Source: a virus (taxonomy: Duplodnaviria; Caudoviricetes). From it: a DNA stretch of 36,542 nucleotides. Under the pieces are notes generated by a model. It saw only the letters and a list, made by a program, of their open reading frames with translations. It ran no database searches and was not told the origin of the DNA. Positions within the stretch are counted from its first letter, which is position 1; every line of letters begins with the position of its first letter. Shown piece by piece: positions 35,025 to 36,542 of the stretch. A program made the position numbers and the translations under genes. The stretch covers positions 1-36,542 of the IMG/VR virus record IMGVR_UViG_3300032212_000084; one strand, 5' to 3'.

Positions 35025-36114
35025 TCATCTTTTCCCCTACAAAGGGGGAAACGGTAAGACGTACTTCAAATATAAACACCCGAGTATGGAAAAGGCTGAA
35101 TCTTTTGGGAGTGACAAAAGAAAAGCCATTGAAGCCGCTAAGCAATTAAATTCAATCCTAGGTGTAGAGAATGACCTAGTGGCAAAGGTTGTTTCTCCAG
35201 ATGCTACAACCTTTAGCGATTACATAGAAACTTTCAAAGCCCATCTTCAAACCCGCACAGTTAATACAGAACCATTAAGTGAGAAAACCCTTGCTGAATA
35301 TTACAGAATAATTCGTTCATTTGAAAAAGAGCTTGGGGAATTTCCTATTGCTGCGGTTACTCGAAAAAACTGTGCTGACTTGCTGAACGAATATCCACTC
35401 AAGAGCCGGAACAAATACCGCTCCATTCTCGTTCTCATGTTTGATTATGCCGTCAGTGATGGTGAATGTGACGACAATCCAGCATCAAAGATAATGCCTA
35501 CGCCCAAACAGAAACGCACTAGGCAACCGCTCAGCTTGGAAGGATTTAAGGTCGTTTATCGACATGCAGACTGGACCACAAAGAACGCCATGGACGTGGC
35601 ACTTAGATCGCTACAGCGTCGAGAAGATATCAGAAACTTTAAGTTTTCCGATTGGGAGAATGTGAAAACTGTCAGGATGCGTCAAAGTAAAACTTGGAAG
35701 CATGGTACTTATCTGGAATTTAATATTGAAGGTACAAGCCTGGAAGGAATCATTGAACGGATCAGAAAGGAAATGACTGTGCTTTCCCCTTACATAGTCC
35801 ACTGGAAACCAGCTAGACGTAAAAAGAACAAAGATCGTGACCACTGGACGCAGCTTGCCCCACGACAATTAAGTGATGGCTTTGCTGAAGCCAGGGACAA
35901 GTCAGGTTTTTATGATCATTTGCCCAAGGAAGAAAAACCGTCATTCCACGAAATACGCGCCTTGGGTGCTGATCTCTATATCGACATGGGCTGGAGTGAA
36001 GAAGATGTTCAGGCGTTATTAGGACACACCACATTGAAGCAAACGTTCGAGTACTTGGACCGGGGTCGGGAACGTTATAAGCAGACTAAAAAACCGGCAT
36101 TGGATATTGAGTAA
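34984..36114 (+). CDS. int: Tyrosine integrase, lambda type
   Basis: Arm-binding N-terminus; catalytic R (LQRREDI), HEIR, LLGH, Y (FEYL); next to att. Confidence 0.95.
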   Translation: MAQRRSRMNHKLPDHLFPYKGGNGKTYFKYKHPSMEKAESFGSDKRKAIEAAKQLNSILGVENDLVAKVVSPDATTFSDYIETFKAHLQTRTVNTEPLSEKTLAEYYRIIRSFEKELGEFPIAAVTRKNCADLLNEYPLKSRNKYRSILVLMFDYAVSDGECDDNPASKIMPTPKQKRTRQPLSLEGFKVVYRHADWTTKNAMDVALRSLQRREDIRNFKFSDWENVKTVRMRQSKTWKHGTYLEFNIEGTSLEGIIERIRKEMTVLSPYIVHWKPARRKKNKDRDHWTQLAPRQLSDGFAEARDKSGFYDHLPKEEKPSFHEIRALGADLYIDMGWSEEDVQALLGHTTLKQTFEYLDRGRERYKQTKKPALDIE

Positions 36115-36116
36115 TA

Positions 36117-36353
36117 ATGAATGAATTGCAGGAAATTATAGACGCAAAATACCGCTTTATTAGTGAGACCGGGGAAAAGCCTTCACGCATTCATATGACA
36201 AAATCACGTTTTGACAGACTAAAAAACGAGGTATTTTCTATTAATGGCAATTGCTACGTTGATGATGGAGAGCTTAACAACACTTCAATAGACGGCTTGG
36301 AGATCGTAATATCAGAAAATATAGGCGACACATTCCACCTTGTAGCAGAATAA
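36117..36353 (+). CDS. Hypothetical protein between int and att
   Basis: 78-aa ORF starting 2 nt after the int stop. Confidence 0.6.
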   Translation: MNELQEIIDAKYRFISETGEKPSRIHMTKSRFDRLKNEVFSINGNCYVDDGELNNTSIDGLEIVISENIGDTFHLVAE

Positions 36354-36357
36354 AATA

Positions 36358-36387
36358 TTTCTAATTCTTTTCTAATCGGTTTCTAAT
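36358..36387. promoter_or_regulatory. Putative integrase arm-type sites
   Basis: TTTCTAAT at 36358, 36369 and 36380 (11-bp phase), with another copy at 423-430 on the other arm. Confidence 0.65.
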
Positions 36388-36441
36388 TATTTTTTGTGGG
36401 GTTACTAGGTCATGCGTAACTTATTGTATTATAAAGCTTTA

Positions 36442-36488
36442 ATTGGTCGGGATGAGAGGATTTGAACCTCCGACCCCCACAACCCCAT
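36442..36488. repeat. att core, right copy
   Basis: Identical to 264-310. Confidence 0.95.
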
Positions 36489-36520
36489 TGTGGTGCGCTA
36501 CCAAGCTGCGCTACATCCCG
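36444..36520 (-). tRNA. tRNA-Pro(GGG)
   Basis: 77-nt cloverleaf; anticodon arm CCACA-ATGGGGT-TGTGG; GGTTCAAATCC T-arm; encoded CCA. Confidence 0.97.
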
Positions 36521-36542
36521 ATCAAGCGCCGGATTATAGCGT

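Larger units (their letters stand above)
264..36488. mobile_element. Temperate prophage (P22-like podovirus morphogenesis genes, lambdoid control region) integrated in tRNA-Pro
   Basis: Flanked by an identical 47-bp direct repeat matching the tRNA 3' half; integrase next to the right repeat; contiguous head, tail, replication and immunity modules. Confidence 0.95.

Noticed and set aside
29450-36034. Minus-strand ORFs within the early operon and int
   Set aside because: Shadow frames of repetitive or well-supported + strand genes
34984-36114. Integron integrase explaining the attC-like hairpins
   Set aside because: Lambda-type Int with an arm-binding domain, xis partner and tRNA att site; I see no IntI-specific signature

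Overview
The window is essentially one apparently intact ~36.2-kb temperate prophage inserted in the 3' half of a tRNA-Pro(GGG) gene (47-bp att core at 264-310 and 36442-36488; intact tRNA at 36444-36520, minus strand). It has lambdoid/P22-like organisation. On the + strand, right arm: early operon with recombination genes, xis and a tyrosine integrase. Centre: cI/cro/cII switch with five GTTTA-N6-TAAAC-type operators. On the minus strand: replication, nin-like genes, RuvC-like resolvase and Q-like gene, then a six-gene fibre-like module, terminases, portal, scaffold, capsid, podovirus tail hub and three DNA-ejection proteins. The most notable points are: (1) attC-like hairpins and a boundary repeat punctuating the small early genes; (2) a repeat-scaffold fibre module occupying the usual lysis-cassette position, with no recognisable endolysin anywhere; (3) a repressor with two HTH-like domains and no S24 peptidase; (4) a four-gene toxin-antitoxin-like operon plus a lipoprotein in the rexAB position; (5) a DUF2829/Tad2-like anti-defence candidate; (6) host 154-bp tandem repeats carrying the tRNA 3' end. 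All product calls come from motif recognition and synteny; no database search was run.
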